Under the pieces are notes generated by a model that saw nothing but the letters and a program-made list of their open reading frames with translations, had not been told where the DNA came from and made no database searches. From Thermoplasmata archaeon (lineage in GTDB: Archaea > Thermoplasmatota > Thermoplasmata > Lutacidiplasmatales > UBA184): 64,000 nt of DNA. Both the position numbers and the translations under genes were made by a program. Shown piece by piece: positions 44,486 through 53,690 of this stretch; within the stretch, counting starts at the first letter, position 1, and the number at the start of each line of letters is the position of its first letter. The stretch lies in NCBI GenBank assembly GCA_027306505.1, contig DAHUZP010000017.1:47244-111243 (forward strand), in the 5' to 3' direction.

Positions 44486-46111
44486 ATGGCCGCACCGGAG
44501 AGCGCCTTGAGCGAGAGCATGGGAACGAACGCGCCCCGGACGTGGAAGGCCTTCATCGGCGGTGAGTGGCGCGACGCATCCAACGGCGCGACGACCACCC
44601 TTCGCGACCCGGCGACCGGCGAGCTCCTCGGAACGGTCCCCCAGTGCACGAAGGAGGACGCGAAGGCCGCGGTGGACGCGGCGAGGGAGGCCTTCGACAA
44701 GGGCCCCTGGCCCGAGACCAGGCCGAAGGACCGGGCTGAGGTCCTTCTCAAGGTCGCGGAGCTCATCACCACGCGGGCGGAGATGTTCGCCCTCCTGGAG
44801 ACCCGCAACGCCGGGAAGCCCATCCGGCAGAGCACGTTCTTCGACCTGGGGCTCGCGGCCGAGCACATGCGCTACTTCTCCGAGCTCACGACCTCGATCC
44901 GCTGGCGCCAGAAGGTGGAACAGCCCGACTACGAAGGGAGCTACGGGGTCATCCGCAAGGAGCCGATGGGGGTCTGCGCGGGGATCACGCCGTGGAACCT
45001 ACCGCTCCTCATGGCGGTCTGGAAGGCGGGCCCGGCCCTCGCCGCGGGGAACACCTGCGTTCTGAAGCCCGCCTCGCTCACGCCCTGCACGACGATCGAG
45101 CTCGCCCGCCTGTTCGAGGAAGCGGGCCTCCCCAAGGGGGCCCTCTCGGTGGTCACCGGCTCCGGAGAGGAGGTGGGGAACGTCCTGCTCACCCATCCGG
45201 GGGTGGACAAGGTGAGCTTCACCGGCTCCACCGAGGTGGGCCGGACGGTCCTCGCGAAGAGCTCCTCCACGGTGAAGCGCACGACGATGGAGCTCGGCGG
45301 GAAGAGCGCGAACGTGATCCTTCCCGAGGCGGACCTGGACAAGGCGATCGACGGGTCGCTCTTCGGCATCTTCCTGCATGCGGGACAGCTCTGTGAGTCG
45401 GGGAGCCGCCTGCTCGTCCCGGCGAAGGAGCAGGAACGCATCGTCCAGAAGCTGGTCGAGAAGGCGCGGAGGATCCGCATCGGCCTGACCCAGGACTACA
45501 ACACCGACATGGGACCGGTCATCAGCGACGGCCAGCGGACCCGGATCGAGGGGTACATCCAGTACGGGATCGATCAGGGCGCGAAGCTCTCCTTCGGCGG
45601 TAACCGGCCGGACCGGCCGGAGCTCCGCAAGGGCTTCTTCCTTCGACCCACGATCTTCTCCGGCGTCACCCCTGACATGCGGATCGCTCAGGAGGAGATC
45701 TTCGGACCGGTGCTCACCGTCCTTCCCTACGACAATCTGGACCAGGCCGTGGAGATCGCGAACAGCACCATCTTCGGCCTCGCGGCGGCCGTGTGGTGCC
45801 GGAACGAGAAGAAGGCGGAGCGGGTCGCGGAGCGGCTCCGGGCCGGGACCGTGTGGATCAACGACTACCACCTGCTCACCTGCCACGCCCCTCGCGGAGG
45901 GTACAAGCAGTCCGGGATCGGTCGCGAGCTGGGAGAGCACGCGCTCGAGGACTACCTCGAGACGAAGCATCTCTTCTTCGGCCAGGACTCCCCGCTCATC
46001 CCCATCGCCCGTGGCCTCGTCGTGGCCCCCGCCCCCGAGGGGGGGCCCGGGAGCCCGACCAGCCCCTCCTCCCCCCCTTCCACGTCGGGGGAGGGCGGCG
46101 CGTCCAGTTAG
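44486..46111 (+). CDS. Aldehyde dehydrogenase (NAD(P)+)
   Basis: ...ELGGKSANVI... (catalytic Glu), ...GQLCESGSRLLV... (Cys), ...FTGSTEVGR.... Unusual S/P-rich C-terminal tail of about 25 aa. Confidence 0.9.
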   Translation: MAAPESALSESMGTNAPRTWKAFIGGEWRDASNGATTTLRDPATGELLGTVPQCTKEDAKAAVDAAREAFDKGPWPETRPKDRAEVLLKVAELITTRAEMFALLETRNAGKPIRQSTFFDLGLAAEHMRYFSELTTSIRWRQKVEQPDYEGSYGVIRKEPMGVCAGITPWNLPLLMAVWKAGPALAAGNTCVLKPASLTPCTTIELARLFEEAGLPKGALSVVTGSGEEVGNVLLTHPGVDKVSFTGSTEVGRTVLAKSSSTVKRTTMELGGKSANVILPEADLDKAIDGSLFGIFLHAGQLCESGSRLLVPAKEQERIVQKLVEKARRIRIGLTQDYNTDMGPVISDGQRTRIEGYIQYGIDQGAKLSFGGNRPDRPELRKGFFLRPTIFSGVTPDMRIAQEEIFGPVLTVLPYDNLDQAVEIANSTIFGLAAAVWCRNEKKAERVAERLRAGTVWINDYHLLTCHAPRGGYKQSGIGRELGEHALEDYLETKHLFFGQDSPLIPIARGLVVAPAPEGGPGSPTSPSSPPSTSGEGGASS

Positions 46112-46117
46112 GACCGC

Positions 46118-46615
46118 ATGGCGCGCATCGAGACCGAGGTCGTCATCCGGGCCCCGCTGGACCGGGTCTTCTGGTTCCTCGCGAACGGTGACCACGCTCC
46201 GGAGTGGTCGGTCTCGGTGAAGGCAGCGCACCACGAGACCCCGCCCCCGATCCGCGTCGGGAGCCGCCTCGCCGTGAAGGCGCAGGCCGGTCGGAGGGAG
46301 TACTCCTGGACCCAGGAGGTCACGCGCTGGGAGCTCCTCCGGGAGTTCGAGGACCGTCTCGTACCGGGCGAGGGGCCCTTCCGCTCCTTCCTGGACTGGG
46401 GAAAGTTCGAGCCGACCCCCGAGGGGGTACGGTTCACCTTCGGCCTCGACTACCATCTCCCCGGGGGCCCCCTGGGCTGGCTCATCGACCGCCTCCTCGT
46501 CGCACCGCGGGTGGAGCACGACCAGCACCTCTCGCTGCAGAAGGCGCGCTCCATGCTCGAAGGCGGCCAGGTCACGGACGAGATCGTCCCCAGGTGGGCA
46601 CGGGGGAAGGCGTGA
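46118..46615 (+). CDS. SRPBCC (START/polyketide-cyclase-like) ligand-binding protein
   Basis: MARIETEVVIRAPLDRVFWFLAN..W... is the typical N-terminus of this superfamily. 165 aa. Confidence 0.65.
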   Translation: MARIETEVVIRAPLDRVFWFLANGDHAPEWSVSVKAAHHETPPPIRVGSRLAVKAQAGRREYSWTQEVTRWELLREFEDRLVPGEGPFRSFLDWGKFEPTPEGVRFTFGLDYHLPGGPLGWLIDRLLVAPRVEHDQHLSLQKARSMLEGGQVTDEIVPRWARGKA

Positions 46616-48588
46616 GCGCCGCCGCTCCCTCGCCCGTCCCCGACGTGAACCCCCGCGACCGGGCGATCCTCGCCGCCGTCGCTCGCGGGCTCGTGCCCTC
46701 CGGAGGGCCCTTCGCCCCCGGCGCCGATGAGGTGGGCGTCGCCGACCTCATCCTCGCTATGGGCAAGGAGATGGACATGGTGAGCAGCGCGGTCGTGCGC
46801 GCGCTCGTCGCGAGCCTCGAGTTCGCCGCCGTCTTTCGCGGTCCGGGCCGGCGCCTTTCCTCGCTCCCTCCCTTGGAGGCGGAGCGGTTCCTCGCGGACG
46901 CGGTCCACCAAGGGAAGGTACGACCCATGGCGAGCTGGCTGCTCCGCCTCTTGGTGGAGGCCAACTACGTCTCCGCCCCCCCGGTCCGGGCCTACCTCTC
47001 GATCGACGACGAGCCGATGTACACGGAGCCTCCCGTGCCCCCCGCCCGGCCACCGGTGCCCACCCTCACCTACCCCTCCCTCAGCCCGGGCACGGAGCTC
47101 GACTGCGACGCATGCGTCATCGGGAGCGGGGCCGGCGGGGCGCCCGCGGCGGCCCTCCTCGCGGAGGCGGGATGGAAGGTCCTCGTGGTGGAGGAGGGGC
47201 CCGCGGTCTCGCGGCAGGACTTCCACGGCTCTGCGATCGGAAGGATCGGGCGCTACTACCGTTCCAACGGGATCTTCTTCACCATCGGCAAGCCCCTGGT
47301 CCAGATCTCCTACGCGAGCTCCGTCGGCGGGACGACGGTGTTCAACTCCGGCACCTGCTTCGAACCTCCCGCGTCGACGCTCGAGAAGTGGGCGAAGGAC
47401 TCCGGGGTCGCGGACCTGGGGCCGGAGGGTCTCGCGCCCTACCTCGCCCGCGTGAAGAAGTTCCTCCAGGTGGGGCCTTCCCGAGCCGACATCATCGGGG
47501 GCAACGGCGAGGCCCTACGGCTGGGCGCGGAGCGGCTGGGCGGGGGCCTCCGACACGGGGTGATCCCCCGCCCCGCCCCGGGCTGCCGCGGCATGGACCT
47601 CTGCGTGGTGGGTTGCCCCACCGATGCGAAGCGGTCGATGCAGATCTCCTACCTCCCTCGAGCCCTCGCCTCGGGGGCGCGGATCCTCTCCCGTGTCCGC
47701 GTGGACCGCGTGCGGGCCGGTCCCGGTGGTCCCGCGCGCTGGATCGTGCAGGGCGCCCTATTGGACCCGGTCACCCGCCGACCGGTGGGTCGGGTCCAGG
47801 TGCGCTGCCGCCACGTGGTCGTCGCGGCCGGCGCCCTCGCGACGCCCTACCTCTTGCCGGCGGTGGGTCCCCGCGCCTCCCGAGCCCACCAGGGCCGACA
47901 TCTCCGCGTGCACCCCTCCCTGGACGTGGCGGGGGACTTCCCGAGGGAGATCCGGGGCTGGCGCGGTGTGCTCCAGTCCTACTACGTGGACGACCATGAC
48001 CACGGCGTGCTGCTCGAAGCGACCTTCCACCCGCGGGGGCTGCTCTCGACCTCGGGGCTTACCCCCTACACGGGGGCCCGCTACAAGGAGTTCCTCGAGC
48101 GGCTCCCCCACCTCGCCCTCATCGGCGCGCTCATCATGGACCAGAGCGAGGGCCGCCTGGGGCCCTTCTTCGCCGGTCGGCCCTGGGTGTTCTACGACAT
48201 GCTCCCGGAGGACCTCCGCAAGGCCGGTCGGGCGATCGCGCTATCGGGCCGTCTGCTGTTCGCAGCAGGCGCTGAGCGCGTCTTCGTCCCTGTGCACGGG
48301 GGACGGGAGGTGAGACGCGTGGAGGACCTCGACGTGTTCGAGAACGAACCGATCGCCCCGGAGGCGTTGCACCTCCTCGCTTTCCACCCGCTGGGCACGG
48401 CGAGGATGGCCCGCGAGCCGGAGATCGGGGCGGTGGACCCGGACGGGACCGTCTGGGGCGCCCCCGGGCTTCATGTCTCGGACGCGAGCCTGCTCCCCGG
48501 GTCCCCGAGCGTCAATCCCCAGATCTCGATCATGGCGATCGCGGAACGGTGCGCGGAGCGCTGGGCGAAGCAGGGGGTCCGTGCATGA
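46612..48588 (+). CDS. GMC-family FAD oxidoreductase (long-chain alcohol oxidase/dehydrogenase-like)
   Basis: The GTG start overlaps the upstream stop (GTGA). About 150-aa N-terminal extension, then DACVIGSGAGGAPAAALLAEAGWKVLVVEEG. C-terminal ...FHPLGTARM... segment. Confidence 0.75.
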   Translation: MSAAAPSPVPDVNPRDRAILAAVARGLVPSGGPFAPGADEVGVADLILAMGKEMDMVSSAVVRALVASLEFAAVFRGPGRRLSSLPPLEAERFLADAVHQGKVRPMASWLLRLLVEANYVSAPPVRAYLSIDDEPMYTEPPVPPARPPVPTLTYPSLSPGTELDCDACVIGSGAGGAPAAALLAEAGWKVLVVEEGPAVSRQDFHGSAIGRIGRYYRSNGIFFTIGKPLVQISYASSVGGTTVFNSGTCFEPPASTLEKWAKDSGVADLGPEGLAPYLARVKKFLQVGPSRADIIGGNGEALRLGAERLGGGLRHGVIPRPAPGCRGMDLCVVGCPTDAKRSMQISYLPRALASGARILSRVRVDRVRAGPGGPARWIVQGALLDPVTRRPVGRVQVRCRHVVVAAGALATPYLLPAVGPRASRAHQGRHLRVHPSLDVAGDFPREIRGWRGVLQSYYVDDHDHGVLLEATFHPRGLLSTSGLTPYTGARYKEFLERLPHLALIGALIMDQSEGRLGPFFAGRPWVFYDMLPEDLRKAGRAIALSGRLLFAAGAERVFVPVHGGREVRRVEDLDVFENEPIAPEALHLLAFHPLGTARMAREPEIGAVDPDGTVWGAPGLHVSDASLLPGSPSVNPQISIMAIAERCAERWAKQGVRA

Positions 48589-49118
48589 ACGCAAGGACGG
48601 AGGGTCCCGCCCCCACGCCCCAGGCACCCGCCCCTTCCGGTCGCGGCCACCCGAGCGGACCTCGCTGCGCTTGGGCCTCGATCGCCCTCCTCATCCTCGC
48701 TCTAGTGCTCCTGGTCTTCGGGTTCTTCTATCTCTTGGAGCCCGGACCCTCGGTGTCCTCCATCAACTCCATCGCGACGACGCTCGGCCTGCACCTGCCG
48801 GCGACGCCCTCGAACCCCCCCGAGTTCCGGGGGTGGGTCGGGTTCACCTTCGCCTACATGATGGGAGCGACGGCCTGCGCGCTCATGGCCGCCCTCTCCC
48901 GGCCACCGGCACGCGACGCCTACCTCAACATCCTGATGCTGCTCAAGGGCACCTCGAGCCTCACCGGGCTCGGGCTCTTCCTCGCGCAGGCGGCCTACCC
49001 GTTCTACCTCGCGACCTTCCTGACCGACGGGCTCATCTTCCTCGGGGTGCTCCTAGTGCGCCTGCACCTCACCCGCTCCCACCCCCTTCCTTCTCTCCCA
49101 GAGGCGCATTCCGCGTGA
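48585..49118 (+). CDS. Small membrane protein (last gene of the operon)
   Basis: ATG overlaps the GMC stop (ATGA). 4 predicted TM helices. Confidence 0.5.
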   Translation: MNARTEGPAPTPQAPAPSGRGHPSGPRCAWASIALLILALVLLVFGFFYLLEPGPSVSSINSIATTLGLHLPATPSNPPEFRGWVGFTFAYMMGATACALMAALSRPPARDAYLNILMLLKGTSSLTGLGLFLAQAAYPFYLATFLTDGLIFLGVLLVRLHLTRSHPLPSLPEAHSA

Positions 49119-49191
49119 GCGCGGGACCGGCGGGGAAGGTCCCGAGAGGGAAGGTACGGCGACGCGACGAGCGCCCCTCGGACGGACCCGT

Positions 49192-49518
49192 TCAGGGCCA
49201 CTTCTCGATCTTGTGGACCGTCGCTTCGCCCAGACCCCGGTTCGGGAGGCCGCTGTGGCGCCAGGCGATCGCCCCATCCTCGAAAGCGATCACCGTGGGG
49301 ATCACCTCGATGTCGAAGGTGAGCGGGACGGGCTCGTAGAAGTCGTCCATCACGTACTCCGCGAGCCGGACCCCCTGGGGAGGGTTCACGCGGGTGTAGG
49401 CGGCCCGGAAGGCCTGGCAGAACGTGCACCAGGGGCCTTGGAAGAGCACGATCCAGCGCCCGGGGAGCTTCAGCCGCGGCCCCTCGAACTCCTGGTCGCT
49501 GACCCGTGTGACCTGCAC
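49192..49518 (-). CDS. Thioredoxin-fold protein
   Basis: GPWCTFCQAF motif in a 108-aa ORF. Confidence 0.55.
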   Translation of the reverse strand: MQVTRVSDQEFEGPRLKLPGRWIVLFQGPWCTFCQAFRAAYTRVNPPQGVRLAEYVMDDFYEPVPLTFDIEVIPTVIAFEDGAIAWRHSGLPNRGLGEATVHKIEKWP

Positions 49519-49672
49519 TCTTACTCCCGGCCTTCCTCGTCCGGGAAGGACCTGGGCCGACCATCGCTGTAGGGTATTTGAGAGAACAGGCGGATCGACC
49601 CGGGCCGGTCGTCTCGCAAATGCAGGACCTTGAGTTCATCCATTCGCCTCGGTCCCCCGCGGTCGATCGGCC

Positions 49673-50620
49673 ATGAGGGTGCGAGGAGCCCACCTCGACG
49701 ACGTGAGCGCGATCTGCCGGGCGCACCTCTCCGAGGTCCCCCGGTGGACCCGTTCCCGGGAGAACGGGGAGGTGGAGGAAGTGCGCTACGAGGAGCTCAC
49801 GCTGTTCCAACGGTGGCTGCACGGCGGACCGCACATGAGCCCGGAGCTCTGTGCCGTGCATCTCAACCACCTCCTTCTCGCCGGACAGACCGCCTTGGTC
49901 GCCGAGGACGAGGAGGGCCGGGTCGTGGGGGAGATCGAGGTCATCGAGGGGGAGGTCCGTGACCTCGGCCGGACCGCGCACGTGAGCGTCCTCAACGTCG
50001 AGGCCCCCGCCCGGAGGAAGGGAGCGGGCCGGGCGCTGGTCGAAGAGGTCGAGGCCAGGGCCCGGGAGAACGGCTGTGCGTGGCTCACGACGCGTCCGGC
50101 GGACGACGCCGTCCCGTTCTACGAGAGGCTGGGGATCTCGAGGAGGCTCCGCCGCCAGGTCGAGGTCGTGATCGACCTTGAGCGGCCTCTGCCCGAGCCA
50201 CCGGAGGCGAGCGAGATCGTCTCACCGCTCGACGAGTACCGTCCCCTTTCGACCCGTCACATGCTCCTGGGTTGCACGCAGAGCCCGTTCCAGAACTGGC
50301 AGCTGCGTCGCTGGACCCTGGCGGGGATCGACGAGGATCTCAGCGCCGAGGAGGGCTACCTCCCCGACCTCGACATGTACTACCGGCTGGAGCGGGCGAT
50401 CTCGAGCCCTCCGGCGCGGCGAGAGGCGGGCGCCTGCGCGTGGGTCGGTGACCGGAGCCTGGGCCCCCTTGCGCTCCGGTGGCTCGCGGGGAAGGCCTCG
50501 GGGACCGGCTACGCCGCTCTCCGCACCGCGATCGCCGAGGAGGAAGAAGCCTGGTTGGAGGGGTTCCAGGTCACCGAACGCTCCCCGTTCCTTCTCCTCG
50601 GCAAGGCCTTGACCACGTGA
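49673..50620 (+). CDS. GNAT-family N-acetyltransferase with C-terminal extension
   Basis: ...RRKGAGRALVEEVEARARENGCAWL... acetyl-CoA binding motif A. 315 aa, with a ~140-aa C-terminal domain of unknown function. Confidence 0.6.
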   Translation: MRVRGAHLDDVSAICRAHLSEVPRWTRSRENGEVEEVRYEELTLFQRWLHGGPHMSPELCAVHLNHLLLAGQTALVAEDEEGRVVGEIEVIEGEVRDLGRTAHVSVLNVEAPARRKGAGRALVEEVEARARENGCAWLTTRPADDAVPFYERLGISRRLRRQVEVVIDLERPLPEPPEASEIVSPLDEYRPLSTRHMLLGCTQSPFQNWQLRRWTLAGIDEDLSAEEGYLPDLDMYYRLERAISSPPARREAGACAWVGDRSLGPLALRWLAGKASGTGYAALRTAIAEEEEAWLEGFQVTERSPFLLLGKALTT

Positions 50621-50706
50621 GGGGGGAGGGCTCCCGCCCTCGACCGGGCGGCGTCCCCGAGGGGTCCTTTTAACTGGCGATAGGTTGGGTACGTAGGTCA
50701 CCATCC

Positions 50707-51150
50707 ATGCAGGAGACCCCCCAGGAGCTCTCGGCCAGGGCCATCCTGCCCGCGCTGCGAGGGCTCATCGCGCGGGAGCTCGTGAAGGGTCACGAGTTCA
50801 CCCACCTGAGGGCGGCGAAGCTCCTGGGGCTGAGCCGGCCCGCGGTCACCCTCTACGCCCGGGGCCACAGGGGCCGTGCGATCGACCTTCGACATCGCGA
50901 CGACGTTCTGCTCATCGTCCGAGACCTGGCGGATGGGCTCGCGAACGGGGAGCTGGACCCGAGGGCCCTCATGGTCCGTCTCGACTCCGCCGCCTCCTAC
51001 GTGCTCCGCAAGGGCTACGCCTGCGCGCTCCACCAGGAGATCGACCCCGGGCTCAAGGGTTCGGGGTGCGACCTCTGCATGACTTCCCCCCGACCTTGCG
51101 CCTACTTCCACCCATGGCGTCCGACCGGAGCGCCGCGGGGGATGGCCTGA
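50707..51150 (+). CDS. Putative HTH transcriptional regulator with C-terminal Cys cluster
   Basis: HTH-like ...LRAAKLLGLSRPAVTLYARG.... C-terminal CALHQ...GSGCDLC. TTTTAACTGG box about 30 nt upstream. Confidence 0.45.
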   Translation: MQETPQELSARAILPALRGLIARELVKGHEFTHLRAAKLLGLSRPAVTLYARGHRGRAIDLRHRDDVLLIVRDLADGLANGELDPRALMVRLDSAASYVLRKGYACALHQEIDPGLKGSGCDLCMTSPRPCAYFHPWRPTGAPRGMA

Positions 51151-51157
51151 GGTCCGC

Positions 51158-51418
51158 ATGCGCCGCGCAGCGACCGTCCGGCTCGACTGTCGGGAGGACG
51201 ACTGCCCCATCCCGGTGCTCAAGACCCGGGACGCGCTCCAGAAGCTCCCCGAGGGCGGGACCCTCGAGGTCCTGACCCGGGACCCCATGGCGACGGTGGA
51301 CATCCCGGCGCTCGTTCACCGGACCGGAGCGGTGTTGGTCTCGATGAGCGAGGACCCGGACACGGAGATCGCGACGTTCTTGATCCGCCGCAACGCCGCG
51401 CCTACCCCCGTCAAGTGA
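51158..51418 (+). CDS. TusA-like sulfur carrier protein
   Basis: ...LDCREDDCPIPVLKTRDALQKL... carries the CPxP motif of the TusA/SirA family. 86 aa. Confidence 0.7.
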   Translation: MRRAATVRLDCREDDCPIPVLKTRDALQKLPEGGTLEVLTRDPMATVDIPALVHRTGAVLVSMSEDPDTEIATFLIRRNAAPTPVK

Positions 51419-52628
51419 TCCCGGCGAGCCCCGCCACCCTGGACGAAGGGACCGCGCGCACCCCCGCGTACTTTCTCCAGAGGTAGTGCAGGAAGACCAG
51501 CGCCGTCGCATCCCCTAGGGCCACCGGCACGAGCCCCACTCCGGTAGGGAGCTGGAGGAGGAAGCCGAGGAGCATGAGCGGCGCGATGAGCCCTCCGGCG
51601 AGAGCGATCAACTGGGGCACGTGTCGGGTCTCTCCCACGTTCCGAACCACCCAGAGGAGCTCGAGAGCGGCGAAACCCAGCACCCCGAGCGTGGCGAGGA
51701 CCGGGGTGAGGTGGCGGGACATCGGCACGTCCTCGACCAGGACCATCCCTGGGAGCATCGCAGAGCCGGCGATGAAGAACATCCAGGGGGCCCTACGCGG
51801 ATACCGGGTGTTGGGGCGAAGGAGGTCGCGAGGGCACCGGTAGGCCGCGTAGACGAGCGCCGCGATCCCTAGGAAGGCTCCCCCGAGGAGGAAGGGTCCG
51901 GCGTAGAAGTGATAGATCGCGCCCGTCATGAGGAGCAGAGCCGTGACGTCCAGCGCGAGCGCTCCGAAGGCGACGCCCAGTCCCCGTCGCGAGAGCAGGC
52001 TGCGGCCCTGGGTCTCGGGGAGCGCCAAGCCCAGGAGCAGGATGGGCAACGCGATGCTCCACAGGGCATGGACGATGAGGAGCTGAGCGGTCCAGACCCA
52101 GTTCACGCCGAGCCAGTGCCCGTAGAACCCGAGGGCGCCGACGGGGTTCGCCTTGGAGTAGAAGAGCGTGTTGAGGGCGACCCCCTCCTCGAGGATGCCG
52201 TAGGCGGCGCCAAGGAGCAGCACCGAGCCCCAACCCTTCTTCCAGCGGACCATCGCCTCTCGGATGAGGAGCGCCCCCGGCCCGTACAGAGCGAGGTTCG
52301 CGGCCAGGAACACGAAGAAGAGGGGCGGGAAGGTCACGAGGAGGCTGAGCTGGCTCGACCCGGAGAGATACTCGACGATCCCCGGTGTGAGGAGCAGGAG
52401 ACAGAGCACCGGTCGCGCCTGGAGGTAGCGTCTGAGGCGGGTCCTCAACGGGACTGGGGGTGCCGCCGGGGGTGCGGTGACCACGGGGGCGACCGGTACG
52501 CTCCAGCCGCTCGGGAGCGTCGGTGGCGGAGGCGATGGCGCAGGCGATGGTGGAGGCGATGGTGGAGGCGGAGGGGGTGGCGCTAGCCCCCCGTGCGGCG
52601 TTCCGGCCGATGGGACCGAGGTCGACAT
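51411..52628 (-). CDS. Polytopic membrane protein with Pro-rich N-terminus
   Basis: About 10 hydrophobic helices. N-terminal PPPPPPPSPPPSPAPSPPPP tract; start uncertain. Confidence 0.5.
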   Translation of the reverse strand: MSTSVPSAGTPHGGLAPPPPPPPSPPPSPAPSPPPPTLPSGWSVPVAPVVTAPPAAPPVPLRTRLRRYLQARPVLCLLLLTPGIVEYLSGSSQLSLLVTFPPLFFVFLAANLALYGPGALLIREAMVRWKKGWGSVLLLGAAYGILEEGVALNTLFYSKANPVGALGFYGHWLGVNWVWTAQLLIVHALWSIALPILLLGLALPETQGRSLLSRRGLGVAFGALALDVTALLLMTGAIYHFYAGPFLLGGAFLGIAALVYAAYRCPRDLLRPNTRYPRRAPWMFFIAGSAMLPGMVLVEDVPMSRHLTPVLATLGVLGFAALELLWVVRNVGETRHVPQLIALAGGLIAPLMLLGFLLQLPTGVGLVPVALGDATALVFLHYLWRKYAGVRAVPSSRVAGLAGIT

Positions 52629-52789
52629 GGGCCATCCCCTGCCCCCTCGATTCCGTCGCTTCCCCTACTTGAACGGGTCGGAACGAATCGACCGGTCCGC
52701 TATCGGTGCGCGGGAACGTGCGCCAGCCGCGGGGCTGCCGCCCGGCATGGCCCCCTCCGGGGGGTGCCGCCCTCCCGACGTCCCAGGGC

Positions 52790-53608
52790 CTACGAGGTGG
52801 GGGCCGAGTCAGGCTTGGGACCTGGGGTCGGGTCGGGAGGCGGGGGTTTCCCCATGAGGTGGATCCCGCACTCCCGCTTCTCGAAGCCGGCCCATCGGCC
52901 GGCCCTTTCGTGCTCGCCGGGACGGATCTTGCGCGTGCAAGGGGCACAGCCGATGCTCCCGTAGCCCTGTTCCCAGAGCGGGTGACGAGGGAGATGGTGC
53001 ACCGTGAGGTACTGTTCCACCTCCGCGCGGTTCCAGAGGACGAGCGGGTTGATCTTGAACACCCCGCGGCCCCCGGGGTCCAGCTCCTGCCACTCGACGA
53101 GCGGGGTCTCGCGCCGACCCTCGTGCTGGTCCCGGCGCAGCCCGGTGAGCCAGGCGTCGTAGGAGAGGAGCGCCCGCCGCAGAGGGGCGACCTTCCTCCG
53201 CTGACAGCAGGTGTCGGGATCGCGTGCGAAGAGGTCCTTCCCGAGTTCCTGGTCCTGCCCCGCGACGCTCTGCTCGGCGTGGAGGTTGACCACGTTGAGC
53301 CCCCACTCGGCGACGAGGCGGTCCCTGAAGCCGAGGGTCTCGGGGAAGTGGTAACCGGTCTCGAGGAAGAGCACCGGGACGTCGCGGCGTATCTTGCGCA
53401 GATGATCGAGGACCACCAGCCCCTCCTTGCCGAAGCTACTGCCGGCCGCGAGCCGGTCACCGAAGAGGGCGTCGACGCGGCGGAGCAGCTCGGTGAGGTT
53501 GAGCGGAAGGAGCTCCTGCGAGAGCGCCGCCGCCCGGGCCCTGCCCCGGTCCCCCTCAAAGGGGGACGGGCGGACCTCCTGCGATATGGACGAGCCTGAC
53601 GACCCCAT
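52790..53608 (-). CDS. cysH: Phosphoadenosine phosphosulfate (PAPS/APS) reductase CysH family
   Basis: ...LVVLDHL...PVLFLETGYHFPET..., ...CC.RRKV.PL... and C-terminal ...YGSIGCAPCT... match CysH. Start set at the Met after the shared TATA. Confidence 0.8.
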   Translation of the reverse strand: MGSSGSSISQEVRPSPFEGDRGRARAAALSQELLPLNLTELLRRVDALFGDRLAAGSSFGKEGLVVLDHLRKIRRDVPVLFLETGYHFPETLGFRDRLVAEWGLNVVNLHAEQSVAGQDQELGKDLFARDPDTCCQRRKVAPLRRALLSYDAWLTGLRRDQHEGRRETPLVEWQELDPGGRGVFKINPLVLWNRAEVEQYLTVHHLPRHPLWEQGYGSIGCAPCTRKIRPGEHERAGRWAGFEKRECGIHLMGKPPPPDPTPGPKPDSAPTS

Positions 53609-53649
53609 CTTCCAGGACCCGGACCGACATCCTGGGAACCACCGTGTTC

Positions 53650-53690
53650 TCCATATATACGCCAAGATGTGGACGTAATACGACATAATG
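53650..53690. promoter_or_regulatory. Bidirectional AT-rich promoter (ATATATA ... TAATAC) between cysH and the comA-like gene
   Basis: The only AT-rich 40 bp in this region. The palindromic TATA sits about 30 nt from the + strand ATG (53688) and about 45 nt from the cysH ATG (53608). Confidence 0.5.

Noticed and set aside
53686-53688. Longer cysH start at Met-205 (53686)
   Set aside because: It would place the start codon inside the shared AT-rich promoter and overlap the divergent comA-like start. Met at 53608 gives a normal-length CysH.
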